64,000 bases of DNA from Candidatus Peregrinibacteria bacterium HGW-Peregrinibacteria-1 (GTDB lineage: Bacteria > Patescibacteriota > Gracilibacteria > UBA1369 > LOWO2-01-FULL-3), in contig PGYE01000001.1 of NCBI GenBank assembly GCA_002839505.1, forward strand, positions 459,995-523,994, in the 5' to 3' direction. Below, one piece after another: positions 41,508 through 50,048 of the stretch. The notes under the pieces are model-generated. The model was given only the letters and a program-made list of their open reading frames with translations, was not told the DNA's origin and ran no database searches. Position numbers and translations under genes: made by a program. The first letter of the stretch is position 1; each line of letters opens with the position of its first letter.

Positions 41508-43238
41508 CTAACCCCGACTGTCAAACATCTTCAAACTACTACAATTGATTATATCCTTGGCAACTAGCCAGCCTCGTCTTGCCATTCCAACTCCAAACTT
41601 CATATATTCTGGGTGGTCAGTATTATGAGAATCTGTGCTAATAACAAATTTCGCCCCGATACTTTTCGCTAATTTAATATGTTTCTCAGCTAAGTCCAAG
41701 CGATGCGGATTTGCATTTATCTCCAAGGCCACATTATTCAGAACACAAGCCTTAAATACCGCCTCCACATCATATTCAATCGCACTTCGTTTATTGATTA
41801 TACGAGCGGTCGGATGCCCCAATATTGTTGAGTAAGGGGATTCAATCGCTCTGATAAGTCTTTTGGTCTGTGCCTCATAGTCACTTTTCCCGTTGATATG
41901 GGCACTAATAATCACTACCTCCAGCTCTTTCAAAATTTCATCATCAAAATCCAGACTTCCATCCTTTAAAATATCCACCTCACAACCTCTCAATATCTTG
42001 ATCTTACCGGCCAATTTTTTATTTAGCGCCTCTATCTCTTCCCACTGCTTTTTAATCTTCGCCTCATCCATACCGCCTGTAATTCCCATCGCCTTAGAAT
42101 GATCCGTAATCGCAAAGTACTGATAACCCCGCCTCAAAAATGCCTCCGCCATCTCCTCAATAGTATTTTTGCCGTCGCTATATACGCTGTGACAATGGAG
42201 GTCCGCCTTAATATCACCTAGCTCTACCAACTTTGGCATCTCCTTATGTGCCATCGCATATTCCACCTCTCCATCTCCCTGTCGCAATTCTGGAACTATA
42301 AAGGGCATTCCCAAGACACTAAAAACACCCTCTTCCTTTTCACCCGCAATTTTCTTATCACCGTCAAACACCCCATATTCATTAACCTTCAACCCCATCT
42401 TCTTCGCAATATCCCTTATTTTTATATTGTGCTCTTTATTTCCCGTAAAATAATGCAAAGCTGCCCCAAACGACTCATCTTCTACCACCCTCAGATCCAC
42501 CGAAATACCAGTATTAAGAACAACACTCGACTTAGTATCACCCTCAGCAATCACCTTATATACCTCACGATAACCCGTGAAATGCTTCATGATTTTTTCC
42601 ACGCTGACCTCCTTATTTGCCTTCGTCACCAAAATATCAATATCTCCTATCGTCTCTTGCATACGACGCAAACTACCGGCATAAGCGATTTGCTTGATCC
42701 CCGAAACCGCGCCCATATACTCAATCACCTCCTCCGCCTCATGCAAAGCCGCATCAATCAAAAAACGATCTTTGGAAAACGACCTGTACTCCTCAATCGC
42801 CTTCAAAATATCTTCTTCACTTTTTTCACCCATCTTTTCCAGCTCGCGCAAAAGACCTTTCTTTGCCGCTTGCTCCAAACTCTCAATAGTTGATATTCCC
42901 AACTCATTATAAAAAAGTTTCACCTTTTTCGGTCCGACACCTCTCAACTCCAACATCTCCAAAAGCCCGCTGGGAAAACCCTCTCTCAGACTTTCCAGCT
43001 CCTTACAACTGCCCTTTTCCAGCAACTCCACAATCTTCTTTGCCAGACCGCTCCCAATTCCCTCCATATTCTCCAGAGTCTTGATATCACCGTCGTAGAC
43101 ATCTTTCAGCTCCCTTCCCAAATTCAAAATATTCAATGCCCCTCTTCGATAAGCATTAACCCGAAAAAAACTAGCACCCTTAATGTCCAAAATGTTCCCC
43201 ATCTCCTCAAATACACTAGCTATCTTACTATTATTCAT
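41508..43238 (-). CDS. polX: family X DNA polymerase with a C-terminal PHP (3'-5' exonuclease/phosphoesterase) domain
   Basis: N-terminal HhH region (FRVNAYRRGA; GIGSGLAKKI). Nucleotidyltransferase core GSLRRMQETIGDIDILV. PHP motif DLHCHSVYSDG. Confidence 0.9.
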   Translation of the reverse strand: MNNSKIASVFEEMGNILDIKGASFFRVNAYRRGALNILNLGRELKDVYDGDIKTLENMEGIGSGLAKKIVELLEKGSCKELESLREGFPSGLLEMLELRGVGPKKVKLFYNELGISTIESLEQAAKKGLLRELEKMGEKSEEDILKAIEEYRSFSKDRFLIDAALHEAEEVIEYMGAVSGIKQIAYAGSLRRMQETIGDIDILVTKANKEVSVEKIMKHFTGYREVYKVIAEGDTKSSVVLNTGISVDLRVVEDESFGAALHYFTGNKEHNIKIRDIAKKMGLKVNEYGVFDGDKKIAGEKEEGVFSVLGMPFIVPELRQGDGEVEYAMAHKEMPKLVELGDIKADLHCHSVYSDGKNTIEEMAEAFLRRGYQYFAITDHSKAMGITGGMDEAKIKKQWEEIEALNKKLAGKIKILRGCEVDILKDGSLDFDDEILKELEVVIISAHINGKSDYEAQTKRLIRAIESPYSTILGHPTARIINKRSAIEYDVEAVFKACVLNNVALEINANPHRLDLAEKHIKLAKSIGAKFVISTDSHNTDHPEYMKFGVGMARRGWLVAKDIINCSSLKMFDSRG

Positions 43239-44356
43239 AAATCATCTGTTAAAACTTTCATCGTCTCACGGCCACTATCTTTCCAACTATAATCCTCCAA
43301 ACGCTTCGCGCCCCTTGCCACAAGATTGCCGACAAGAGCACTATCCTCAATCAAATCGCACATCCCTTCGGCAATCTCCTTCACGCTCATCGGATCCACC
43401 ACGATCCCGGCATCTCCGGCCACCTCACTCAAAGACGATGAATTTGATACCAAAATCGGCTTTCTGTAATGAAAACTTTCTAAAACAGGCAATCCAAAAC
43501 CCTCATAAAGCGAGACAAACACCACTCCCTGACAATACTCATACAATGTGGCCTTTTCTTCCTCACTGACATACCCTGGCATCACCACTTTGTCAGCCAA
43601 CTTCAACTTATTCACCTTTCTAATTATCGCCTCCGCCCCCACACCTCGCTTCCCGGCAAGCACCAATTTATAATCAGGATGTTTCTCTGAAAATAACTTG
43701 AAAGCCTCCACCACTCTCTCCAAATTCTTTTTGCTTTCCAACCGCCCAACAAACAGTAAATACTTAGATTCCGGACTAAGTCCAAAATAAGAAAACGCAT
43801 CCGACTCCGCAAACAACCTCATATCCGGCTTCGGCTTCGGCTCTTTGAATCCATGCTTTATCACGACGATTTTCCCTGGTGCCGCCTGAAAAAACTTCAC
43901 CAAATCATCCTTTGTCGCCTTACTTGGGACAATCAACACATTGGCGTGTTTCACCGCATATCGAGTTGACCAATTCAGATACAACCTTTGAAAGAAACCA
44001 TACACCTCTTTAAAATGACAAAATGCCACATCATGAATCGTAATTACACTTTTTTTCGGCCGAAACAAAGGCAAAACATGAGACGGTATAAACAAAACAT
44101 CAATAGGGGAGTGCTTTATCTCCTTCGAAAGCGCCCTCAGCGTCCAAAGACGCTTTGCCTCAACCACTTTCACCTCCACCCCCGGCATCAAATTCCAATG
44201 AGCACTATCCTCATCACCAACATAAATTTTCAGCTTTAATTCGTGAGCCCTTTCCGCCGTCAGCCTCATCAATTCCTTAATGATAAAATAGCTGTACCAT
44301 TCCACTCCCGTGGCATCATTCTCACGATACCTTGAACCATCTACGCCGATAATCAT
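43235..44356 (-). CDS. GT4-family (group 1) glycosyltransferase
   Basis: YEGFGLPVLESFHYRKPILVSNSSSLSEVAGDAG donor-binding motif. 4-nt overlap with polX. Confidence 0.85.
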   Translation of the reverse strand: MIIGVDGSRYRENDATGVEWYSYFIIKELMRLTAERAHELKLKIYVGDEDSAHWNLMPGVEVKVVEAKRLWTLRALSKEIKHSPIDVLFIPSHVLPLFRPKKSVITIHDVAFCHFKEVYGFFQRLYLNWSTRYAVKHANVLIVPSKATKDDLVKFFQAAPGKIVVIKHGFKEPKPKPDMRLFAESDAFSYFGLSPESKYLLFVGRLESKKNLERVVEAFKLFSEKHPDYKLVLAGKRGVGAEAIIRKVNKLKLADKVVMPGYVSEEEKATLYEYCQGVVFVSLYEGFGLPVLESFHYRKPILVSNSSSLSEVAGDAGIVVDPMSVKEIAEGMCDLIEDSALVGNLVARGAKRLEDYSWKDSGRETMKVLTDDL

Positions 44357-44397
44357 ATAGTGGAATTTATATATCTAAAGATAAGTTAACCAAAATA

Positions 44398-45123
44398 TCA
44401 TCTTCTGGCAAATTCCCCTCTAGCCAACACGACTCCCCAGACAGCCTTCGCACCTGATTCTTTCAAGATTCTGCTACACACATCAAGTGTTGCACCCGTC
44501 GTAACAACATCATCAACCAAAATTACTGTTTTCCCTCGACATACACCCTGATAATGGCTTTTCATTTCAATAGAACCGGCCAAATTCCGCCATCGGGCAT
44601 TTTTCGTCAACAACGACTGCTTAATTCTGTCACTGCGACTCAAACAATCCACCACACCAAGCCCAACTCGACCACCAACGACCTTAGCCAACTCCTCAGC
44701 CTGATTAAAACCCCTCTCCCTAAGCCTTTTTTTACTCAACGGAACCGGAACCAAAACAAACTCGCCCAAAGACCGCCGCATCAGCAGCGATTGCACCAAA
44801 TATACCATTGCCGTCCCCAGCACATTTGCTGCATCTCGCGAGAACTTATACTTCATCTGAACAATTAATTTACTCAACACCCCCTTCGGCTGATACTTAA
44901 ACGCCACCAAAAGCCTATCAAAAGAATATTTTTCCCCATATGTCACCATGCACTCCGCACCCCCACAGTAACCACCATCGTCTTTTGGCTTACGACAAAC
45001 CGGACACTCCTGAAAACTCAAAAAACTCAAATTTTCCAGGCACCTCCTGCAACAAAATTCCCCCATATCCCCACAACCAACACACAACACCGGCAGCAAA
45101 ATCTCCTTCAAGAAACCCAGCAT
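44398..45123 (-). CDS. comF: ComF-family phosphoribosyltransferase-like protein
   Basis: N-terminal double CxxC zinc finger (CVGCG..CRRC..CPVC). C-terminal PRTase motif VILVDDVVTTGATL. Confidence 0.8.
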   Translation of the reverse strand: MLGFLKEILLPVLCVGCGDMGEFCCRRCLENLSFLSFQECPVCRKPKDDGGYCGGAECMVTYGEKYSFDRLLVAFKYQPKGVLSKLIVQMKYKFSRDAANVLGTAMVYLVQSLLMRRSLGEFVLVPVPLSKKRLRERGFNQAEELAKVVGGRVGLGVVDCLSRSDRIKQSLLTKNARWRNLAGSIEMKSHYQGVCRGKTVILVDDVVTTGATLDVCSRILKESGAKAVWGVVLARGEFARR

Positions 45124-45240
45124 AACTTTACGATTAAAAAAAACTTCACCACATTATGCCGCCCCCTCAAAAACCCCGCCACTCAAAAGCGTTCAACACA
45201 TTATCACAACAATTAACCACATTCGCAGTAGATGAGGCAC

Positions 45241-46275
45241 TTAAACAGCTTTCTGTAACTTTGGCCTCAACCTACTCTTATACACCTGCAACATACTGCC
45301 CTTTTTCGCCTCTTTCCTTCGAATCTCCTTCTGTTGTTCCAGCGGCAATTTTGAAATCTCTTGGCACTTCTCCCCACAACAACCGTCATATTGTTTTTGA
45401 CAACTTTCACACTGAATAAACAGCAAATGACAAGCATCATTGCGACAATTCGTATGACTATCACATTTTGCCTCACACTGATGACAAGAGCTGATGACAT
45501 CCTCACTAATCGTCTCACCAACACGCTCATCAAAAACAAAATTCTTCCCCTTAAACTTCATCGGCAGCTTCTTACTTTTCACCTCATGCGCATACTGAAT
45601 TATCCCACCATGCAACTGATTCACATCCTTAAAACCATGATGCTTCAAATATGCACTGGCCTTCTCACAACGAATTCCACCTGTACAGTAAAGCAACACC
45701 TTCTTATCTTCCTTCCCCTCCAACGCATTCTTCACCATCGGCAACTCCTCTCTAAATGTATCGGCATCCGGACAAATTGCCCCCTCAAAATGCCCGACCT
45801 CACTCTCATAATGGTTCCTCATATCAACCACAATCGCACCCTCCTCCATCGCCTCGTTAAACTTCTCCGCATCCAAATGCTTCCCGACATTTGTCACATC
45901 ATAATCCTCCTCCAACAAACCATCCGCCACAATCTTCGTCTTCACCTTAATTGCCAGCTTATAAAAGGACTTCCCATCGTCCTCCACCGCAATCTTAAAC
46001 GGCATATCCTTAAACTCTTCATAACTATCCAAAAGCTTCTTAAAACTCTCAAAATTCGCTTCCGGCACACTCAACTGCGCATTAATTCCCTCCCTCGCCA
46101 GATAAATTCTCCCAAACACCCCCAACTCACTCCACTTAATAAACAACTCATCCCGCAAACCCCGCGCATCATCCAACAGCACATAACGATAAAAAGAAAG
46201 CGTCACCCTCTTAAAATCCTCCGCCATCAAGCGTGCCTTAAGTTCCTCCTTACTGATTAGATTTCTCAATTCCAT
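45241..46275 (-). CDS. trhO: rhodanese-domain tRNA uridine(34) hydroxylase (UPF0176/YceA family) with a Cys-rich C-terminal extension
   Basis: Rhodanese active-site loop [15 protein letters not shown]. Family-typical N-terminus (SFYRYV..) and a C-terminal Cys cluster ([14 protein letters not shown]). Confidence 0.85.
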   Translation of the reverse strand: MELRNLISKEELKARLMAEDFKRVTLSFYRYVLLDDARGLRDELFIKWSELGVFGRIYLAREGINAQLSVPEANFESFKKLLDSYEEFKDMPFKIAVEDDGKSFYKLAIKVKTKIVADGLLEEDYDVTNVGKHLDAEKFNEAMEEGAIVVDMRNHYESEVGHFEGAICPDADTFREELPMVKNALEGKEDKKVLLYCTGGIRCEKASAYLKHHGFKDVNQLHGGIIQYAHEVKSKKLPMKFKGKNFVFDERVGETISEDVISSCHQCEAKCDSHTNCRNDACHLLFIQCESCQKQYDGCCGEKCQEISKLPLEQQKEIRRKEAKKGSMLQVYKSRLRPKLQKAV

Positions 46276-46351
46276 GAAACTATAAAAAACAATTAATTAT
46301 TGCATATTATATAAACGATAACTGCAAATTCGTCAAAACCAGCATGACTTT

Positions 46352-47359
46352 TTATTGGTTTTTACGCTTATTATAAAGATCCTCCAGATATTTTCTAGCA
46401 TGAAATAGCCTTGTGGCGACCGTATTACGATTAGTTTTCATTGTATTGGCAATTTCCTCATAAGAATAACCTACCCATCTCAACTTAAAGGTCTCCCGCA
46501 GAGCAGGGGAAAGCTTTGACACTAAACTTGAAATCAAACTCTCTTCTTCCGAATCTTGATAAATTTGATCCGGGCGTCTTAAAAACGCACTGTCTGTTAC
46601 TTCATGCTCCGCCATTAAATGTCTGTCGGCAAGCTCATCTATACCAAACCCCTTCGAAGTAGACTCCTTTGAATCCCCCGGTAAATAATCTTTGTTTTTT
46701 CTGATCCTATCTGTCGCCTCATTTCGTATAATTGTTTTAAACCAAGCCAACAGATTATTCTTATGGCTCAAACTGTCCATGTTTTTAAAGGCCTTTAAAA
46801 ACGAAGATTGTAAAACTTCCTCCGCCACATCACCACGCCGTACATATCTCTTTGCTATCCTCAACAAAGAATTGTAAGAATTATTAAAGTAGAACTCTAG
46901 AATACTCCTCTTATCCTGCAACGAAGTATCTTGATCTATCAAGGACTGGACCGTATCAGTCTTGCTTTTCGCCCAAGCAATTACTGCCGCATCATCGTCC
47001 AAAATACTTCCATCGACCTCTTCAATAAACAGCACCCTCGCCAACGCATTACGCACATGATCAGATATGAAGTTTGTCAGCATCTTTGCCGCCTCCGCAT
47101 CACTATAATCTCCCACAACTCCAAGTTGTTGCTTGCGCAACGCCCTCCCATCCGCATAAAAACTCACACCCAAAACGGACCGCACATCTCCATTTACACC
47201 CGAGCACAAAGACGCCACCGCCACTCGATCCAACTCCAACTTCATCGCCGGCAACCTCACCGGCAAGTGCCCAATCTCATCATTCCCATGAAAACGCATT
47301 TTACCCATAAAGCCATCCAAATTATTCAAATAAGAGGGGATTATATAAAACCAACCCAA
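46352..47359 (-). CDS. sigma-70 family (ECF-like) RNA polymerase sigma factor with a ~150-aa unrecognised N-terminal extension
   Basis: Region 2 (RIAKRYVRRGDVAEEVLQSSFLKAF..AWFKTIIRNEATDRIRK) and region 4 HTH (YSYEEIANTMKTNRNTVATRLFHARKYL) occupy only the C-terminal ~180 aa. Confidence 0.75.
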   Translation of the reverse strand: MGWFYIIPSYLNNLDGFMGKMRFHGNDEIGHLPVRLPAMKLELDRVAVASLCSGVNGDVRSVLGVSFYADGRALRKQQLGVVGDYSDAEAAKMLTNFISDHVRNALARVLFIEEVDGSILDDDAAVIAWAKSKTDTVQSLIDQDTSLQDKRSILEFYFNNSYNSLLRIAKRYVRRGDVAEEVLQSSFLKAFKNMDSLSHKNNLLAWFKTIIRNEATDRIRKNKDYLPGDSKESTSKGFGIDELADRHLMAEHEVTDSAFLRRPDQIYQDSEEESLISSLVSKLSPALRETFKLRWVGYSYEEIANTMKTNRNTVATRLFHARKYLEDLYNKRKNQ

Positions 47360-47417
47360 AAATCACAATGACAAAAAAACAAACTTCCTATAAATTTATC
47401 CCATCAAAAACAAACAC

Positions 47418-47493
47418 GGGCGGTTAGCTCAGTTGGTAGAGCGCGTCGTTGACTCCGACGAGGTCAGAAGTTCGAACCTTCTATCGCCCACCA
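47418..47493 (+). tRNA. tRNA-Val (anticodon GAC), CCA encoded
   Basis: GGGCGGTTAGCTCAGTTGGTAGAGCGCGTCGTTGACTCCGACGAGGTCAGAAGTTCGAACCTTCTATCGCCCACCA folds as a cloverleaf. It has a 7-bp acceptor stem, D-arm GCTC/GAGC, anticodon stem CGTCG/CGACG with loop TTGACTC, and T-arm AGAAG-TTCGAAC-CTTCT. Confidence 0.85.
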
Positions 47494-47509
47494 GAAAAGG
47501 TAAACCTGC

Positions 47510-48430
47510 TCAATTAAACGCCTTCAGCGTCTCCACACTCTTCTTCAACTGTTTCTTCTCCACCTCATTCAACGGCACCTCCAAAATACCCTCAATACCG
47601 TTACGGCCAAGAATACACGGCACACTCAGACAAACATCTTTATGCCCATAATCACCATCCAGTAGCACCGATAAAGGAAAAACCTTATGTTTGTTTTTAA
47701 TAATCGCCTCTGTAAGCTCCCTGATCACCGTCGCGATTGAATAACAGGTATATCCCTGATCATGAATGATCCTATAAGCCGCATTTTTAGTATCACCATA
47801 AGCCTCATCCAGCACCGCCTCATCCACCTGCGGAAAAGTCGTTAAAGCCTTACCGATCACATTCGCCGAACTATAAACCGGAAACGAAGTGTCCCCGTGT
47901 TCACCGAGCACATAAGCATCAATACTCTCCGGATGTACCCCCAGTTTTCCTGAAAGATGAAGTTGCAAACGCGCTGAATCCAGCGTCGTCCCCGAACCAA
48001 AAACCCTCCCGCTAGGCAACCCCGAAAGCTTTTGCGCATGATAAGTCAACACATCCACCGGATTACTTACAATCATCAACAACGCATCCTTCGCCACACT
48101 AACGATCTCAGGAATAATCTTCTCAAAAATTCTCTTATTCGCCTCCACCAACTCCAGCCGCGTCTCACCCTTCTCCTGACGCTTTCCCGCCGTAATCACC
48201 ACCAAATTCGCCCCCTCACATTTCTCCATACTATCGCCATGATCCAATTTCACATATGGCGTAAAAGACAAGGCATGCTGCAAATCCAAAAAAAGCCCCT
48301 CCGCCTTGCCCCTATCTACATCAATCAATGTCAACTCATCAACCGTTCCTGACAACAAATAACCATAAGCCGTCGTTGCTCCGACACTACCACACCCCAC
48401 AATCGCCACCTTAAAAGAATTCTGTGTCAT
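47510..48430 (-). CDS. ldh: L-lactate dehydrogenase
   Basis: Rossmann motif KVAIVGCGSVGATTAY. Substrate loop ITAGKRQEKGETRLEL, where Gln indicates LDH rather than MDH. Catalytic GEHGDTSFPVYS. Confidence 0.88.
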   Translation of the reverse strand: MTQNSFKVAIVGCGSVGATTAYGYLLSGTVDELTLIDVDRGKAEGLFLDLQHALSFTPYVKLDHGDSMEKCEGANLVVITAGKRQEKGETRLELVEANKRIFEKIIPEIVSVAKDALLMIVSNPVDVLTYHAQKLSGLPSGRVFGSGTTLDSARLQLHLSGKLGVHPESIDAYVLGEHGDTSFPVYSSANVIGKALTTFPQVDEAVLDEAYGDTKNAAYRIIHDQGYTCYSIATVIRELTEAIIKNKHKVFPLSVLLDGDYGHKDVCLSVPCILGRNGIEGILEVPLNEVEKKQLKKSVETLKAFN

Positions 48431-48509
48431 ATATTTGAAATAATAAATACCACAAAATTATACGACAAGATGCCAGCCTTTACCATTTTCAATATTTTGC
48501 ACAGCCCAA

Positions 48510-49133
48510 CTATTTGGAATTCACAGCCCCTTTAGTTGAGAGAGCTCTATCTAGAGATTCCTTTGTTAGCATGAAAATATCGCGTGAAGCCTGTCCCAAA
48601 ACAGCAGGAACGTCCGCCACCTTATGACTTGTCCCAGAGCTGGTTAAAAGACTTCTCCAGACACTTACAAGATTTCCCTGATTACTGATCATTTGGCCGC
48701 CCCACTCATCTACGCTACCGGCTAGCACCTTCTTCACTCCTGCGTTAAATATCGCACAAGTACACATCGGACACGGCTCCAAAGTGGTATAAACGCACAC
48801 TTCCTCTGGGTTTCTATCATTATGGTCTACCTTAATATGATAATCCTCCAGCGCCTTTATCTCGGCATGCGCCACATGAAACATCGGATTTGAAGTATTC
48901 CCCAGCTCATTACGACCTCTTGCAACGATCTTTCCATTATGAACAATCACCGCCCCCACACCATAATTCCCCTCCAGCGCCGCTATACAGGCCTCTCTGA
49001 CCGCCTCTCTGATAAAATATGCGTCTCCATCCAAGTCTCCAAGCGCATCCACTTTATCAACTATCTCATCAACATATGGTCTCATAGCATCAATTCGATT
49101 TTTTAACTTTTCAGGACTTTCATTGAATGGCAT
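48510..49133 (-). CDS. CMP/dCMP-type zinc deaminase (TadA/guanine-deaminase-like fold) with N- and C-terminal extensions
   Basis: Zinc-binding motifs HAEIKALE and EPCPMCTCAI. Confidence 0.8.
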   Translation of the reverse strand: MPFNESPEKLKNRIDAMRPYVDEIVDKVDALGDLDGDAYFIREAVREACIAALEGNYGVGAVIVHNGKIVARGRNELGNTSNPMFHVAHAEIKALEDYHIKVDHNDRNPEEVCVYTTLEPCPMCTCAIFNAGVKKVLAGSVDEWGGQMISNQGNLVSVWRSLLTSSGTSHKVADVPAVLGQASRDIFMLTKESLDRALSTKGAVNSK

Positions 49134-49313
49134 ATCTACAAAGTAATGATTTAAAATTTAGCCGACATGATACATCATTATTGCACATTGTCAACATTGC
49201 TGTATAATCTAACCAATACCCAAATAAGCAATCAAAAATAACAAAAATTATCATTAAATTTGACAAGCCATAAGAAAAAAAATCATATATAATCACAACA
49301 ACCTTAATCACAA

Positions 49314-49955
49314 ATGACCATGAATGACGACAATCAAAACAGCAACCAAGCTGGGGGAGGGGATGACAATTACCCAATACCTCCAACTCCACCAACTCCT
49401 CCCACACCTCCAGCACCGCCGATCCCCCCAGCCGACGACAACCAGCAGGCCTACCCCGTATACCCACCACAACCACCCACGCAACCCTTTCCTCCTTCAC
49501 AGGGCGGATATCAAGACCCCTATGCCAATTCCGGTTTACCACCTACACCCCCTGCCCCCCCCGAAGAAGATAAAACACCCGCCAACTTCAAACTTGGCGA
49601 AAAACTTCCCGCCACCCTCAACATCACCATCCCGGAAAACGACCTCGATTTTGAACAGGACTACTTTTTGAGACTCCTTGCTGGCTCAATCTCACTTTCC
49701 AAAGATGAGAAAAAGCGCATTATCGAAAGCATACCAAAACTTAAGCAATCCCAAATCGATGAGCTCATTCGTATTTTCGAAGAGGAAAAGGTCAAATTTG
49801 CCTCACTATCAGAAAAGCATGTAGCCCAGCTCGAAAAACTGGCAGTTCAACAATACAATGAATGGATGGACATCGAAGGGGAATTCCAGCAACAAGCCCG
49901 CCGCAAAGAAGAAGAAATAAAAGCCGATGAAATCCGTAAAAAGCTTGGCCTATAA
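49314..49955 (+). CDS. hypothetical protein: Pro-rich N-terminal half (PPTPPTPPTPPAPPIPP) and a helical C-terminal half
   Basis: 213 aa. The C-terminal module LSKDEKKRIIESIPKLKQSQIDELIRIFEEEKVKFASLSEKH resembles the module in the 29114..29545 product. Confidence 0.5.
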   Translation: MTMNDDNQNSNQAGGGDDNYPIPPTPPTPPTPPAPPIPPADDNQQAYPVYPPQPPTQPFPPSQGGYQDPYANSGLPPTPPAPPEEDKTPANFKLGEKLPATLNITIPENDLDFEQDYFLRLLAGSISLSKDEKKRIIESIPKLKQSQIDELIRIFEEEKVKFASLSEKHVAQLEKLAVQQYNEWMDIEGEFQQQARRKEEEIKADEIRKKLGL

Positions 49956-49981
49956 ATGTTAGCAATTTAGCATCGCGCAAC

Positions 49982-50012
49982 AAAAGGCCCGGCCGCATTC
50001 TGCGCCCGGGCC
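49982..50012 (-). terminator. GC-rich hairpin terminator for the tail-fibre-like gene
   Basis: ggcccggccgca pairs with tgcgcccgggcc (11 of 12 bp). On the minus strand it is followed by TTTT. There is no T-run on the plus strand. Confidence 0.6.
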
Positions 50013-50048
50013 CATACTTAATGCATTTTAACGAACCGCTCTCACGGC

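Noticed and set aside
45361-46260. Long plus-strand ORFs antisense to well-supported minus-strand genes. Examples: 45361..46260 (299 aa), 38528..39187, 42246..42893, 57005..57592, 54803..55351, 11667..12263, 15372..15899, 27140..27607.
   Set aside because: Their products are low-complexity P/T/H/N/K/L/I-rich strings with no motifs, and they lie opposite genes with clear family signatures. They are explained by stop-codon depletion on the A+C-rich top strand.
49120-49542. 140-aa minus-strand ORF across the divergent promoter region and the 5' end of the 49314 gene.
   Set aside because: It spans an AT-rich intergenic region and is antisense to the polyproline-coding segment (hence Gly/Trp/Val-rich). 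It has no motifs.
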